DNA of 64,000 nucleotides from positions 1,723-65,722 of the forward strand of contig JBCKWO010000001.1 in NCBI GenBank assembly GCA_038922535.1, read 5' to 3'. The translations under genes and the position numbers were made by a program. Every line of letters begins with the position of its first letter. Position 1 is the first letter of the stretch. Positions 8,212 through 17,900 of the stretch are shown in pieces. Origin of the DNA: Methylobacter sp. Lineage in GTDB: Bacteria; Pseudomonadota; Gammaproteobacteria; Methylococcales; Methylomonadaceae. The notes below the pieces were generated by a model that was not told the DNA's origin, made no database searches, and worked only from the letters and a program-made list of their open reading frames with translations.

Positions 8212-11200
8212 GTCCCTATTCACCAAGCCCATCAACTTCCCGTAACTATCCACCACGTCGTAGCGAACTTTTTCACCGCTGATTTTTTCATTGATCTCAT
8301 CAAAAAACTTACGGGCACATTTAATCTTACAATCTTCGATAGCTCTCAATTCCATTGACGACATAGAGCCTTTGGTTTCAGCGACAAAGTAAATGTGCTT
8401 AACAGTGCCTTCCTTGAACGAAATGGCCCAGTCCGGGTTGTAGTCGCCCACGGGGGTTGGAATAAAAAAACCTCTGGGCAGCTTGGTATAGACAACCACT
8501 TCTTTACTGGTGTCGAGTTCTTTGACGAAAGCTCGCTCAACCTTGGAGTCGGTAAACACATAGTCGTAAATGTGCCGGTTTAGTTTATCTCCGGCCTTGC
8601 CAAAATCCGCCTTCGGCTTTTCCTGGGTAAAAATATCAAGACTGTGGGTTTCGGCGATCATGTCATAAGCCAGATGTTCGACAACGGCGGTGGCTTTCTG
8701 CTCATTAATCAGCGGCGATGCTTTGGCAATAAAATCTTCAGGATTAGTTTTATATTGTCCGAATACCGAGCCATTGATCCCTTGGAGAATACCGGCAAGG
8801 GTGCTGCGGGTAAGCTGTGTTGCTTCTGCCAGCTTGCCTATTAGGTCGTATTTGACGGCGGAATGGCTGGGTGCGTTATAGGCTTCAGTGGCGGTCTCCA
8901 TCACCTTGAATGATTCGCCCTGTTTGAGCTGATCATAAGTCGCGTCATCCTTTTGCTCACCTTGCTGTACGGTGTATTGCATCGGGCTCACGTTCAAGCT
9001 TTTATCCAGCTCCGCCACGCATTTTTTGATCAGTTCAGCTGTTTTAAAATCGACCGTATAAGCGGCTTTGCGGTTGATGCGATTCCAAAGCTCGGTGAAC
9101 TCTTTTTTATCAAAATTAGCGTTGAGCGGATTGGTTTTTGCCTTGCGGTCATCATCAATAGCGGGCATTTGGGCGTCGCTGAAAACGCTATCGATCAGCT
9201 GGAAGACTTGTTCAGCGTACACAGCCAGTTCCGGCGGTAAATCGGCAAGCTGCCCTTCTTTTTTGGCATCGTGATAAACAGAGGTCATCTTGTCAGCATC
9301 ATCCGTGTAATCATTTTTGGCGAGATAATGATAGATCTGCTTGGCAATTTTCGGGGTTACATCTATATCTCCGCTTGGCGTTTTAAGCACTTTCCCGGTG
9401 AAATATTTTTCGTCGGCAATACGGGGACGTTCTGATAGTGCATCGCTGATGTCGCGTTGCAGGCCAGTGACAAACTCCGTGTAACTCTCGCTGGTCACGA
9501 CAGTAAGAATATTCACCTGATGCACCGTAGCCGGGTTATCCATGCGGTCGCCGGACTGGTTGACCGACAAGCGCATACCGCGACCGACTTCCTGACGACG
9601 CGAGATCGTGTTGTCGCTATGTTTCAGGGTGCAGATAACAAAGACATTGGGATTATCCCAGCCTTCGCGCAGCGCCGAATGCGAGAAAATAAACCGCACC
9701 GGTTCATTCAACGATAATAGCCGTTCCTTATTTTTTAAAATCAAATCGTAAGCATCCACATCGTCGGTCTCGGTGGATTTTTTCTTGGTCTCCGGGTCAA
9801 TCAGGCGTTTGCTCTTTTTATCAATGGAAAAATAGCCCTCATGGGTTCGCGATACCTCGATACCCCGCAGATAATCGTTATAGGGGTTATCATCCAAAGT
9901 CAAAACTTCATTCAAATGACGTGTGTACTCTTCCTCAAAAATCTCGGCGTATTCGCCGGGAATAGCCCCGCTTTCATCGTAAGCTCGATACTTGGCGACC
10001 GTATCGATGAAGAACAAAGTTAGCACTTTAATGCCTTGGTGAAACAACACCTGCTCTTTGTCAAAATGGGCTTTGATTGCTTCGCGGATTTGAATGCGGC
10101 GCAGCGCGGCTTCATTGACATCGCCGGTCGCTTCGCCGACCACCAACTCCACGCCATTGGTAAAGCTGAGCGTGTCGGTGTTGGCATTAATGTCGGCCAC
10201 CACGAAGCCTTTATATTGATCCAGCCCGCCGGACAGATCGAACAGATTATCGCCCTTATGCAACTTGCGCAGTACCCGTTTAATGCCGGACTTTTGTTTG
10301 ATTTCCAGCTCGACCCCAACAACCGGCGGCTTGCTGGCTGATATTTCAATGCCGCCCAGATACAGATAAGCGTTGGTGCCGCTCAAGCCTTTGACTGAAA
10401 TGCCGCGCACATTGATTTTCTTGACCAGTTTCTGGTTGTAGGCATCCAGCGCATCAAGGCGGTGGATTTTATTGTGTTCGGTTTTGTGGGTGGCCGAGTA
10501 ACGCAAAATCATCAGCGGATTAAAGCCCTTGAAGGATTCCAACGTCTTCGCCCCTTCCATCTTTTGCGGCTCGTCCAGAATCAAAATCGGGTGATTAGCG
10601 GCAATCACCTCCATCGGTTTGCGCGACTGAAAATCGTCTAACTCTTCATAAATACGGCGATTATCCTTGCCGGTGGCATTGAATGCCTGCACGTTGATGA
10701 CCATCACATTGATCCCCGCATCGGAGGAAAACCCTTCCAGGTTATGCAGTTGTTTCGAGTTGTAGATAAAAAACCGGGCTTTTTTGCGGTAATCTTCCTG
10801 AAAATGTTCGGCAGTAATTTGGAGCGATTTATACACGCCTTCGCGGATCGCGATGCTGGGCACCACCACGATAAACTTGCTCCAGCCGTAACGTTTGTTC
10901 AGCTCGAACATCGTCTTGATATAACAATAGGTCTTGCCGGTGCCGGTTTCCATCTCGACATCGAGATTGATAGGGCAGCCGGTTTTTTTATCGCTCACCA
11001 GCACGGCTGAAAGCGGCAGGTTTTGACGGTGTTGGATAGCGTGAATATTTTCCAGTACCGCCGCCGACGTAAGAACAAGCGCATTGTTCTTAAATCCGGC
11101 ATGATCATCGAGCAGGGTTTGCTGTCCGCCCACGTTGGCAGGAGCCGGATCGACACGGTATTGAAGCCCATTGATTTTGGGTTGCCCGGCAAAGCAATCC

Positions 11201-11259
11201 GTTACCGCTTCAACAGCGTTGGTTTGATAGGCTTGGTGTTTAAATTTGAGTTTCATCAT
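8209..11259 (-). CDS. res: Type III restriction endonuclease Res subunit
   Basis: [46 protein letters not shown]. Confidence 0.95.
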   Translation of the reverse strand: MMKLKFKHQAYQTNAVEAVTDCFAGQPKINGLQYRVDPAPANVGGQQTLLDDHAGFKNNALVLTSAAVLENIHAIQHRQNLPLSAVLVSDKKTGCPINLDVEMETGTGKTYCYIKTMFELNKRYGWSKFIVVVPSIAIREGVYKSLQITAEHFQEDYRKKARFFIYNSKQLHNLEGFSSDAGINVMVINVQAFNATGKDNRRIYEELDDFQSRKPMEVIAANHPILILDEPQKMEGAKTLESFKGFNPLMILRYSATHKTEHNKIHRLDALDAYNQKLVKKINVRGISVKGLSGTNAYLYLGGIEISASKPPVVGVELEIKQKSGIKRVLRKLHKGDNLFDLSGGLDQYKGFVVADINANTDTLSFTNGVELVVGEATGDVNEAALRRIQIREAIKAHFDKEQVLFHQGIKVLTLFFIDTVAKYRAYDESGAIPGEYAEIFEEEYTRHLNEVLTLDDNPYNDYLRGIEVSRTHEGYFSIDKKSKRLIDPETKKKSTETDDVDAYDLILKNKERLLSLNEPVRFIFSHSALREGWDNPNVFVICTLKHSDNTISRRQEVGRGMRLSVNQSGDRMDNPATVHQVNILTVVTSESYTEFVTGLQRDISDALSERPRIADEKYFTGKVLKTPSGDIDVTPKIAKQIYHYLAKNDYTDDADKMTSVYHDAKKEGQLADLPPELAVYAEQVFQLIDSVFSDAQMPAIDDDRKAKTNPLNANFDKKEFTELWNRINRKAAYTVDFKTAELIKKCVAELDKSLNVSPMQYTVQQGEQKDDATYDQLKQGESFKVMETATEAYNAPSHSAVKYDLIGKLAEATQLTRSTLAGILQGINGSVFGQYKTNPEDFIAKASPLINEQKATAVVEHLAYDMIAETHSLDIFTQEKPKADFGKAGDKLNRHIYDYVFTDSKVERAFVKELDTSKEVVVYTKLPRGFFIPTPVGDYNPDWAISFKEGTVKHIYFVAETKGSMSSMELRAIEDCKIKCARKFFDEINEKISGEKVRYDVVDSYGKLMGLVNRD

Positions 11260-11695
11260 TGTTTCCGGCAATCGCGTTCAAAATTTTCAGCTTTAATCCT
11301 TCGTCATCCATTTCTTTGGCAAGAAAGGCGGTTATGATTTCGCACAATAAATTTTTATCAATGTTTCCGGCAGCGACGTGATAGCTGATATTTTCCATTT
11401 CGTGTAAGAACGAACCGACGCAATGCAGATAGCCGTTAAAAAGTAGCATTTGCGCACATAAGGTAATGGCGATACGTTTATTGCCATCGGCAAAACAATG
11501 GAACTTATTGGCACTAAAAAATAAGTGGGTTAGTTTGTCTTCAAAAGACGGGTAGTAATCATCGTTCTGGATATGCTCCAGCACACTTTCCAATTTACCA
11601 AGATCGAGATGTTCAAGCGTGCCGCCACCGCTAACCTTCACTGTGTTCCTGTGCGTCTCAACTGCCTGCTCAATGGTCAGATAAATGACTGCCAT
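11240..11695 (-). CDS. Death-on-curing (Fic/Doc) family protein
   Basis: HCFADGNKR Fic/Doc motif. Confidence 0.88.
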   Translation of the reverse strand: MAVIYLTIEQAVETHRNTVKVSGGGTLEHLDLGKLESVLEHIQNDDYYPSFEDKLTHLFFSANKFHCFADGNKRIAITLCAQMLLFNGYLHCVGSFLHEMENISYHVAAGNIDKNLLCEIITAFLAKEMDDEGLKLKILNAIAGNNDETQI

Positions 11696-12720
11696 TAGTC
11701 GCGTTCCTTAAGGCGCTTCATGACATCTTTGGCTTCTTCAAGACGGTCAGCCAATTCTTGGCTTCTTTCGCCGATAAATCGTTCAAATTCTTCCCGTTGC
11801 AGTGGCATGACATAGTCTTTTAACTGATGATGCAACGCATCTCGAAATGCCAGATCGCGACTGGCCATTTTCATTCGTGCTTTTTCAATCAGCGGTTTCC
11901 AGTGGCTTTGAGCTTCAAAGCTTGTAAATAAAACATCGACTTCCGAAGATTTGAGTTTGCGGCCTTGGGTCTTAGTCTCTTGCTGGAGAACATCACCGAA
12001 TCCGCACTCGTAAGCGGCAATCAGATCCAGCACTTCCGAATAAAGGGTGGGGCGGACATGATCATTATCTTTAAGGCTTAGTATTTTCCGATACTCCTGC
12101 GCATTCTCACGAAAAATGCTGACATAAATTTTGTTGGTGTATACGGCATATTTAAAATTGCCCATCTCAACACAATCTTTCAAGGCATCGGTAAACTCTT
12201 TACGATAATTTTCTTCGATGAACGCAGAGCGCAGGAAATCTTCATCGCGCTGGTTAATATACTTAGTGCCGCCGCCAGTACGTTGGTTAATTGTATCAAT
12301 AACAATATCCAAAATTGCCTGACGCAATAACTTTGCACGCTCACTTTCTGAAACCAGCATAGCCAAGTTCAGAAAAGCGCGGAAGTCAAAAACCCCTAAT
12401 TGAGGAGTCTTCGAGATGTTCCCGAAATCAGTTTCGGGAACATCCATAGCCTGAATGGCTTCTTTTAATGATTTCAGTCGCTTACCCTTCAATACCTCAT
12501 AACCGTTTTTTGCCAGTTCAGCAGCATGTTGTTCTAGGTAATTTTCAACGGTTCTAAGCGTCACCTCAAAAAAAGCCGACACCTGCTCTTTAAGCAAAAC
12601 CGTCTTGCCTTCGAACGGGATACCTCGAATCCCGGCCGCCTTCTCAATTTCAGCAAGGGCATAAGGATTGTTCAAAATATTTTGTCGATCAACAGAGGAA
12701 TTGGTCAGGTCTTTGTTCAT
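11695..12720 (-). CDS. Uncharacterised putative DNA-binding protein, translationally coupled to Doc
   Basis: ~341-aa ORF whose stop overlaps the Doc start; N-terminal 'EQVSAFFEVTLRTVENYL' looks HTH-like. Confidence 0.7.
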   Translation of the reverse strand: MNKDLTNSSVDRQNILNNPYALAEIEKAAGIRGIPFEGKTVLLKEQVSAFFEVTLRTVENYLEQHAAELAKNGYEVLKGKRLKSLKEAIQAMDVPETDFGNISKTPQLGVFDFRAFLNLAMLVSESERAKLLRQAILDIVIDTINQRTGGGTKYINQRDEDFLRSAFIEENYRKEFTDALKDCVEMGNFKYAVYTNKIYVSIFRENAQEYRKILSLKDNDHVRPTLYSEVLDLIAAYECGFGDVLQQETKTQGRKLKSSEVDVLFTSFEAQSHWKPLIEKARMKMASRDLAFRDALHHQLKDYVMPLQREEFERFIGERSQELADRLEEAKDVMKRLKERD

Positions 12721-12785
12721 AATATCCACTTACAAGGATGTGTTCGGGTTACCATCCTTGGCATCTAAAAAGTTTTAATTCAGTG

Positions 12786-12983
12786 CTAGGCAAGATGGAT
12801 TTGCTTGTAGTCATAATCAGGATCTGGGTCTAAGGTGCCAAACAATTGCATGATTTCCTGTTGTTTACGGCGATTAATGAATTCGCGTAATGCCATGACA
12901 ACCGTATCTTCTTTGCTTGCAAAGTGTCCCAAGGCGAGTGCTTCATTAATTAACGTGTCATCAATAGCAAGGTGGGTTGTCAT
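12786..12983 (-). CDS. VapB-family antitoxin (orphan)
   Basis: MTTHLAIDDTLINEAL...V.MALREFINRRKQ; AGGAGG RBS; no intact vapC downstream. Confidence 0.75.
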   Translation of the reverse strand: MTTHLAIDDTLINEALALGHFASKEDTVVMALREFINRRKQQEIMQLFGTLDPDPDYDYKQIHLA

Positions 12984-13013
12984 AATAGGGCCTCCTTAAA
13001 GGTAGCGTTTGTT

Positions 13014-13139
13014 AAATCGTTTTAATCTCGGTATTCGGCGACAGCAATTTAAAAATCTGCCCGATGTTGATTTTAACACTGTCGCTGGCGAAACCGGCAT
13101 CGCGGAACACCGCCCGTCGCGGATGACCTTGGCTAAGTT
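13014..13139 (-). repeat. 126-bp direct duplicate of the mod 3' end (13400-13525)
   Basis: Identical except one mismatch (GACCTT vs GACGTT). Confidence 0.95.
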
Positions 13140-13163
13140 TTTATCGTTCCCACGCTCTGGCGT

Positions 13164-13368
13164 CACTGCCATTAAGTTAAGAGTTTAATGCAATAAAAAC
13201 AATTAATTATGGATTTGTAGGTCGGGTTAGCGATAGCGTAACCCGACATTTGTTGCTGATTGCGTCGGGTTACGCTATCGCTAACCCGACCTACGAATGA
13301 TTTGTAGCACAAAAATATAACCGTAACTACATGAATATTAATATTTATTCCTTAACTTAATAGCAGTG
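13164..13368. mobile_element. 205-bp MITE with 18-bp TIRs and a 12-bp TSD, inserted in a REP and carrying a GTAG REP doublet
   Basis: CACTGCCATTAAGTTAAG...CTTAACTTAATAGCAGTG; ACGCTCTGGCGT at 13152-13163 and 13369-13380. Confidence 0.88.
13217..13294. repeat. GTAG-family REP doublet
   Basis: GTAGGTCGGGTTAGCGATAGCGTAACCCGAC and its inverse. Confidence 0.9.
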
Positions 13369-13397
13369 ACGCTCTGGCGTGGGAACTATATCTGCTT

Positions 13398-15275
13398 TCA
13401 AATCGTTTTAATCTCGGTATTCGGCGACAGCAATTTAAAAATCTGCCCGATGTTGATTTTAACACTGTCGCTGGCGAAACCGGCATCGCGGAACACCGCC
13501 CGTCGCGGATGACGTTGGCTAAGTTCCTTGACGAATGCCTCGTTAATATCTGAGTCGAAGCAGGCGGCCAGCGCATTGCCATCGACAAAGAACACGGTTT
13601 TACCGGCGATGATTTCTTGGGTGATGGGCAAGGTTAAATCCACGCCCCAATCGAGTAGGACTTGAAATAACAAGTCTTCGGGCGTGCGGTCATCTTTAAT
13701 GTTATCGGTAAATTGGTTTAATTCGCCTTGTATCAATTGATCGGGTGTGTAGTAAACGTCCTTCATATTGGAGCTGTCGATTTTCAGCACACGGAAGCCG
13801 ATGTCTAAATCAGGTGCGGTTAAGGCATTTGCTGCTTTGATTTTTTGCCCCGCACGGCGGATGCGTTCTTTGCCTATCTCGGCAATGGTTTGGTAGCCCG
13901 CTTTATAGGCTTCGCTTTTTTCGTCGCAGACTTCGGGCAGCTGTACCATGATGAACTTGCGCTTGCCGCCGTCTTCGGCGTTGAGCTGCATGACGGCGTG
14001 GGCAGTGGTGGCGCTGCCTGAGAAAAAGTCGAGGATAAGATCATCAGAACTCACTGAGATCTGGGAAATTCTCCTCAATAAAGCGGTAGGTTTCGGGTTA
14101 TCGAATGGTGCAGATGTTTCAAAAATTTTCTTAAGCTCTTTCCTTGCAGCATCAGTGTGACCAACCTCATCATAAGACCAGTAGGTATTGGGAATAACAC
14201 CTTGCTGAACTTCACTAAGGTAGCGTTTTAGCTGCGGTGCACCGTCTCCCTTTTGCCCAAAAAAAACCCTCCCTTCCGAAATCCATTCAGCCATTTTTGT
14301 TTTATTCGTCATCCAACAGCGTCCTTGAGTTGGGGGATATTTTTTTCCCGTAATTGGATTAGTGATTTCGTATAAATAGGACTCAGAAATTGTCTTAACA
14401 GTTAAATTATCTGATCGCCATAATCCTTTCCCGTCATTACTATCATATTTATAAAGCGAATCTTGTTTATCCGTTCTAGGCAGAAGAAACCGGTTAAATT
14501 CGAATGATTTTTGGTAAACAAGTATGTGGTCATGCATGGCAGGAATGCCTTTAGCATCATTGGATGCTGCATAGCGTTTATGCCAAATTATATTGGCAAC
14601 AAAATTATCTTCCCCAAAAATCTCATCACACAACCGCTTTAAATTGGCTTGTTCATTATCATCAATCGAAATAAAAATAACCCCATCATCCCGCAACAGG
14701 TTCCGCGCCAGCTTCAAACGCGGATACATCATGCTCAGCCAGTCGGAATGGAAGCGGCCATTGGTTTCGGTATTGGCGACCATGCGCTGCCCGGCTTCGT
14801 CTTTCTGGTTGGAGCGCTGGAAATAACTGGCGGTGTCTTCGCTAAAATCGTCGTCGTAGATAAACTCCTTGCCGGTATTGTACGGCGGGTCGATATAGAT
14901 CATCTTGACCTTGCCCAGATAGGTTTCCTGCAACAGTTTCAGCGCGTCCAGGTTATCGCCTTCGATATACAGGTTTTGGGTGCTGTCGAAATCCACGCTT
15001 TCCTCACGGCACGGGCGCAAGGTCTTGGCTATCGGCGCATTGGCGGTCAGCAAGGCTTCACGCTTGCCCGGCCAATTCAGTTGATAGCGTTCTTGCGCGC
15101 CGTCAACAACCGATGTGGCTAATTCCTGTTTGAGCAAATCAAAATCAATCGCCCGTTTCAGCACGCCTTGTTGATCCCGCGTTTCGGTCACGCAGTTGGG
15201 AAACAGCTCCGCCAGTTTTGCGATATTGGCTTGGGTAAAGTCGGGGCTGTGCAGTTTAAGTTTTTCAATGGTCAT
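13398..15275 (-). CDS. mod: Type III R-M adenine methyltransferase Mod subunit
   Basis: IEGDNL, IYIDPPYNTG, HSDWLSMMYPRL, LDFFSGSATT. Confidence 0.95.
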   Translation of the reverse strand: MTIEKLKLHSPDFTQANIAKLAELFPNCVTETRDQQGVLKRAIDFDLLKQELATSVVDGAQERYQLNWPGKREALLTANAPIAKTLRPCREESVDFDSTQNLYIEGDNLDALKLLQETYLGKVKMIYIDPPYNTGKEFIYDDDFSEDTASYFQRSNQKDEAGQRMVANTETNGRFHSDWLSMMYPRLKLARNLLRDDGVIFISIDDNEQANLKRLCDEIFGEDNFVANIIWHKRYAASNDAKGIPAMHDHILVYQKSFEFNRFLLPRTDKQDSLYKYDSNDGKGLWRSDNLTVKTISESYLYEITNPITGKKYPPTQGRCWMTNKTKMAEWISEGRVFFGQKGDGAPQLKRYLSEVQQGVIPNTYWSYDEVGHTDAARKELKKIFETSAPFDNPKPTALLRRISQISVSSDDLILDFFSGSATTAHAVMQLNAEDGGKRKFIMVQLPEVCDEKSEAYKAGYQTIAEIGKERIRRAGQKIKAANALTAPDLDIGFRVLKIDSSNMKDVYYTPDQLIQGELNQFTDNIKDDRTPEDLLFQVLLDWGVDLTLPITQEIIAGKTVFFVDGNALAACFDSDINEAFVKELSQRHPRRAVFRDAGFASDSVKINIGQIFKLLSPNTEIKTI

Positions 15276-15291
15276 GGTGGTGTTTATGTTT

Positions 15292-15510
15292 TTATTTGTT
15301 TTCTGCTTGGTTAAGCAGTTCTAAACCGCGCTGCGCTTTGCTTAAGCCGTTACGCGCCCGCAATTCAAATTGTGTTTTAAAGTCAAATTCAGCCAGCATC
15401 AGTGTTGTTGCTTCTTCAAGTAAGGCATTGATGCTAACGCCCCGGCTTTTTGCTAATTCTTTTAGGCGTTTGTGTTTTGTATCCGGTAGACGAAAACTTA
15501 ATGCACTCAT
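15292..15510 (-). CDS. Ribbon-helix-helix (HicB-like) antitoxin
   Basis: LSFRLPDTKHKRLKELAKSRGVSINALLEE; paired with PIN toxin. Confidence 0.8.
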   Translation of the reverse strand: MSALSFRLPDTKHKRLKELAKSRGVSINALLEEATTLMLAEFDFKTQFELRARNGLSKAQRGLELLNQAENK

Positions 15511-15512
15511 AA

Positions 15513-15929
15513 TTAACCTCGCTGTAAAAGTTGTTCAGGGGTGAGTACGGCAATCTGCGGAAATAATAATTCGCCGCTGGCTAAATCTTTGATGTTACGC
15601 GAAACGATACCCTGGGCATGACCTGCCACTGCCAGTTCAATCAGGTGATTATCACCTTCATCCCTAAGATTAGGTCGCCAACTGTAATAAATTTCAGTCC
15701 AGCGGCATGATGCCAGAAAAATATCGAGCAACTCGTTGCGTTCTTCTAAATTAAGGCGGCAACGCTCAAATAGGTCTTCACGATTAACTACATCGGTATA
15801 TTCTGAAAATAAAGCCACGCCGATTAAAGGCTGATGTACTTTGCGTAAGCACGATGCAAGCACTGCCGTAGCAGAGCTTGAACCCATGCACGCGCCGACG
15901 AGGATATTGGTGTCAATAACAATAATCAT
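15513..15929 (-). CDS. PIN-domain toxin
   Basis: IVIDTNILV, WRPNLRDEGDNHLIELAVAG, SRNIKD. Confidence 0.88.
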   Translation of the reverse strand: MIIVIDTNILVGACMGSSSATAVLASCLRKVHQPLIGVALFSEYTDVVNREDLFERCRLNLEERNELLDIFLASCRWTEIYYSWRPNLRDEGDNHLIELAVAGHAQGIVSRNIKDLASGELLFPQIAVLTPEQLLQRG

Positions 15930-15995
15930 GGCAAAATGGTATCACGATTGATACCACAAATCTGCAAAGTTGACGTGCGCGGTTTGCGTTTTTCT

Positions 15996-16105
15996 TCTGG
16001 TTCCCAAGCTCCAGCTTGGGAACCCAGTCTTGAAAGCTCCAGCTTTCTGTGTTTGGAAGCTAGAGCTTCCGGTTTGTGTTCCCAAGCTGGAGCTTGGGAA
16101 CCAGA
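15996..16105. repeat. Multi-hairpin REP element near RAYT
   Basis: TCTGGTTCCCAAGCTCCAGCTTGGGAAC...GTTCCCAAGCTGGAGCTTGGGAACCAGA. Confidence 0.88.
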
Positions 16106-16222
16106 TCAAAGTTGAACTTCATTCATAGCCGAATTATACTGCTTACAGGGTTTGTTACGGTGAAGCGCTCTTCGATACCGTAACCGATCAGCCCGCCCAG
16201 AGCGTTTGGGAGCGAGGGGCCT

Positions 16223-16378
16223 TTACCGGCCATAGACCAACACCCCTTCCCGCTGTTTGTTCAAATACTTCAAATCCCGCGTCGGGATAAACGTCCATCC
16301 CTCCAGCTGTCCCTTGTTAGCTTGGGCAATCAGCAGCAAACCTTCCTTATCGCCGGTATCGATGCGCTTGATCAACCA
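16223..16378 (-). pseudogene. Gene fragment resembling the C-terminal nuclease-fold domain of phage MuF/head morphogenesis proteins
   Basis: WLIKRIDTGDKEGLLLIAQANKGQLEGWTFIPTRDLKYLNKQREGVLVYGR*; no start codon. Confidence 0.45.
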
Positions 16379-16384
16379 GATTAT

Positions 16385-17106
16385 TCACCACGCCCGTATC
16401 ACTTCAATCAATCCGGGCTGATCGAGGTAATTACGGGCGCTAGAATACCGCCAATGCTCCGGCAAATCCACATAACCGCGCTTTACTGGGTTTTGATGTA
16501 TGTAATCCAGTTTTTGGCGCATAACGTCTTCGGATTCGATCAGTTGCGGATGATGGCCTTCTTCCCACACCTGATAGGTGCTTTGGGTTTTATGAGCGCG
16601 TTTAAACAGCGCCAGTATTTCCAAAACCCGTGATGATTGGCACTGTTGCAGATAATCAATCATTTGCTTAGCTGTCCAGGACTTAAAGCGTCCTGATTAG
16701 TAAGATGTTTCAGCCAGCGCCAAAATGGCTGTCATTCCGGCAGGGATTCCAACTTAAACTGAGAAACTTACAGATAACATCCCTCAAAGGGATGTTATCT
16801 GTCCCGGTTTAAGTGGAAAGCCGTAAATTGAAGGCTGCGGAGCATCCAGCTGAAGAATGCTTCTAATCAGGTAAAGCGTTGCATGTCGCGGCTTAAATCA
16901 GCTGATGCGGCTATCAGATGCAAGTGATTTTCCAGAATCACGTAACCATAAAGTTTAAAGTCTGCTTCTTGCTGCAAAAACCGCCAGCTATTTAGCACAA
17001 TATTGACTGTTTCGGTACGGGTAAACAGCGGTTGCCATTGGTTGATCGTGGCGGTTAAAAAATGCGGATAGTCTGTGCTGTGAATGCGGTAGCGACTTCT
17101 AGGCAT
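16385..17106 (-). pseudogene. REP-associated tyrosine transposase (RAYT), interrupted by a MITE
   Basis: HFLTAT, YVILENHLHLI (HUH), RFKSWTA, YIHQNPVKRG, WRYSS. Confidence 0.9.
16692..16871. mobile_element. 180-bp MITE with imperfect TIRs and an 8-bp TSD (TAAAGCGT)
   Basis: CCTGATTAG...CTAATCAGG; TAAAGCGT at 16684-16691 and 16872-16879; internal long hairpin 16747-16818. Confidence 0.85.
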
Positions 17107-17125
17107 GTATGTATCTCATGATTTA

Positions 17126-17177
17126 GGAAGCTGGAGATTCCCTAGAGTGGGTTCCCAAGCTTGAGCTTGGGAACCAG
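17126..17177. repeat. Partial REP element upstream of RAYT
   Basis: GGTTCCCAAGCTTGAGCTTGGGAACCAG, same family as 15996-16105. Confidence 0.8.
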
Positions 17178-17459
17178 CATGATTTTTATTTTTTTTACCA
17201 TTCCATGCCTGTTGGTTTCCGGGTAAGGTAATTACGCCGTTATGAACGGTCGTTTGAAATTCGACTGCGTTCATGGTTTGCCCTGTTGGATTGATGGTTG
17301 CGATAGGGGTTAAGAGTACTGTCCTTACAGCAGATGTGCCAGTGCCTTTTCCGGCTGGAATAATTGTTTAATGCGGTCTTAATTATCGACCCTGCTACGT
17401 TATCCATGATTTATAATGCAGCAATTCACTCCATCAGACTTACCCACCCTTTTTATAAA

Positions 17460-17750
17460 ATGGCCGACTCGAAAATTTATCTGAATGTTCCTTTTGCTCA
17501 AAAGGATGAGGCCAAAGCGCTAGGCGCAAAGTGGGACGCCATTCAAAAAAAATGGTTTGTCCCAGCGGACAAGGACATCGCGCCGTTTGCCCGATGGCAA
17601 GCTGAATCCTGTGCTGTGGCATCGCCAAGATCGAAAGCACCCTCTTCCGCTATCAAGTCTTCTGCTAAGAAGGTGAATGCCGGTGTCAAAACCCATGCAG
17701 CGGCTAAAGACTTTGTTGCCTATAACGGCGATACGCCGCCATGGGATTAA
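17460..17750 (+). CDS. DUF5710-like small protein
   Basis: YLNVPFAQKDEAKALGAKWD..KKWFVP. Confidence 0.7.
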   Translation: MADSKIYLNVPFAQKDEAKALGAKWDAIQKKWFVPADKDIAPFARWQAESCAVASPRSKAPSSAIKSSAKKVNAGVKTHAAAKDFVAYNGDTPPWD

Positions 17751-17769
17751 TCTTCGATGCACTGACGCC

Positions 17770-17875
17770 GCATGGACAGATATTTGCTCCTCGGCAACTG
17801 CTCCTGCATCGCCTAAAAGCGCCTACTTTTGGTCACCACATCCATGTGGATTATGCAGGAGCTATTGCCAAGGCC
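17770..17875. repeat. Composite GGA-loop hairpin array at the right border of the R-M island
   Basis: GCATGGACAGATATTTGCTCC, TCGGCAACTGCTCCTGCATCGCC, CCACATCCATGTGG, ATGCAGGAGCTATTGCC. Confidence 0.7.
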
Positions 17876-17900
17876 ATTTTTTAACGGCTGAGCATTGACA

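Noticed and set aside
8155-8358. 67-aa ORF beginning MDVMNVENAGAF
   Set aside because: It is a translation of the GGA repeat plus the antisense of res
12730-12790. vapC partner of the orphan vapB
   Set aside because: No ORF with a PIN motif; at most an unrecognisable remnant
13217-13294. Possible CRISPR array among the palindromic repeats
   Set aside because: The repeats are inverted doublets without unique spacers, and there are no cas genes
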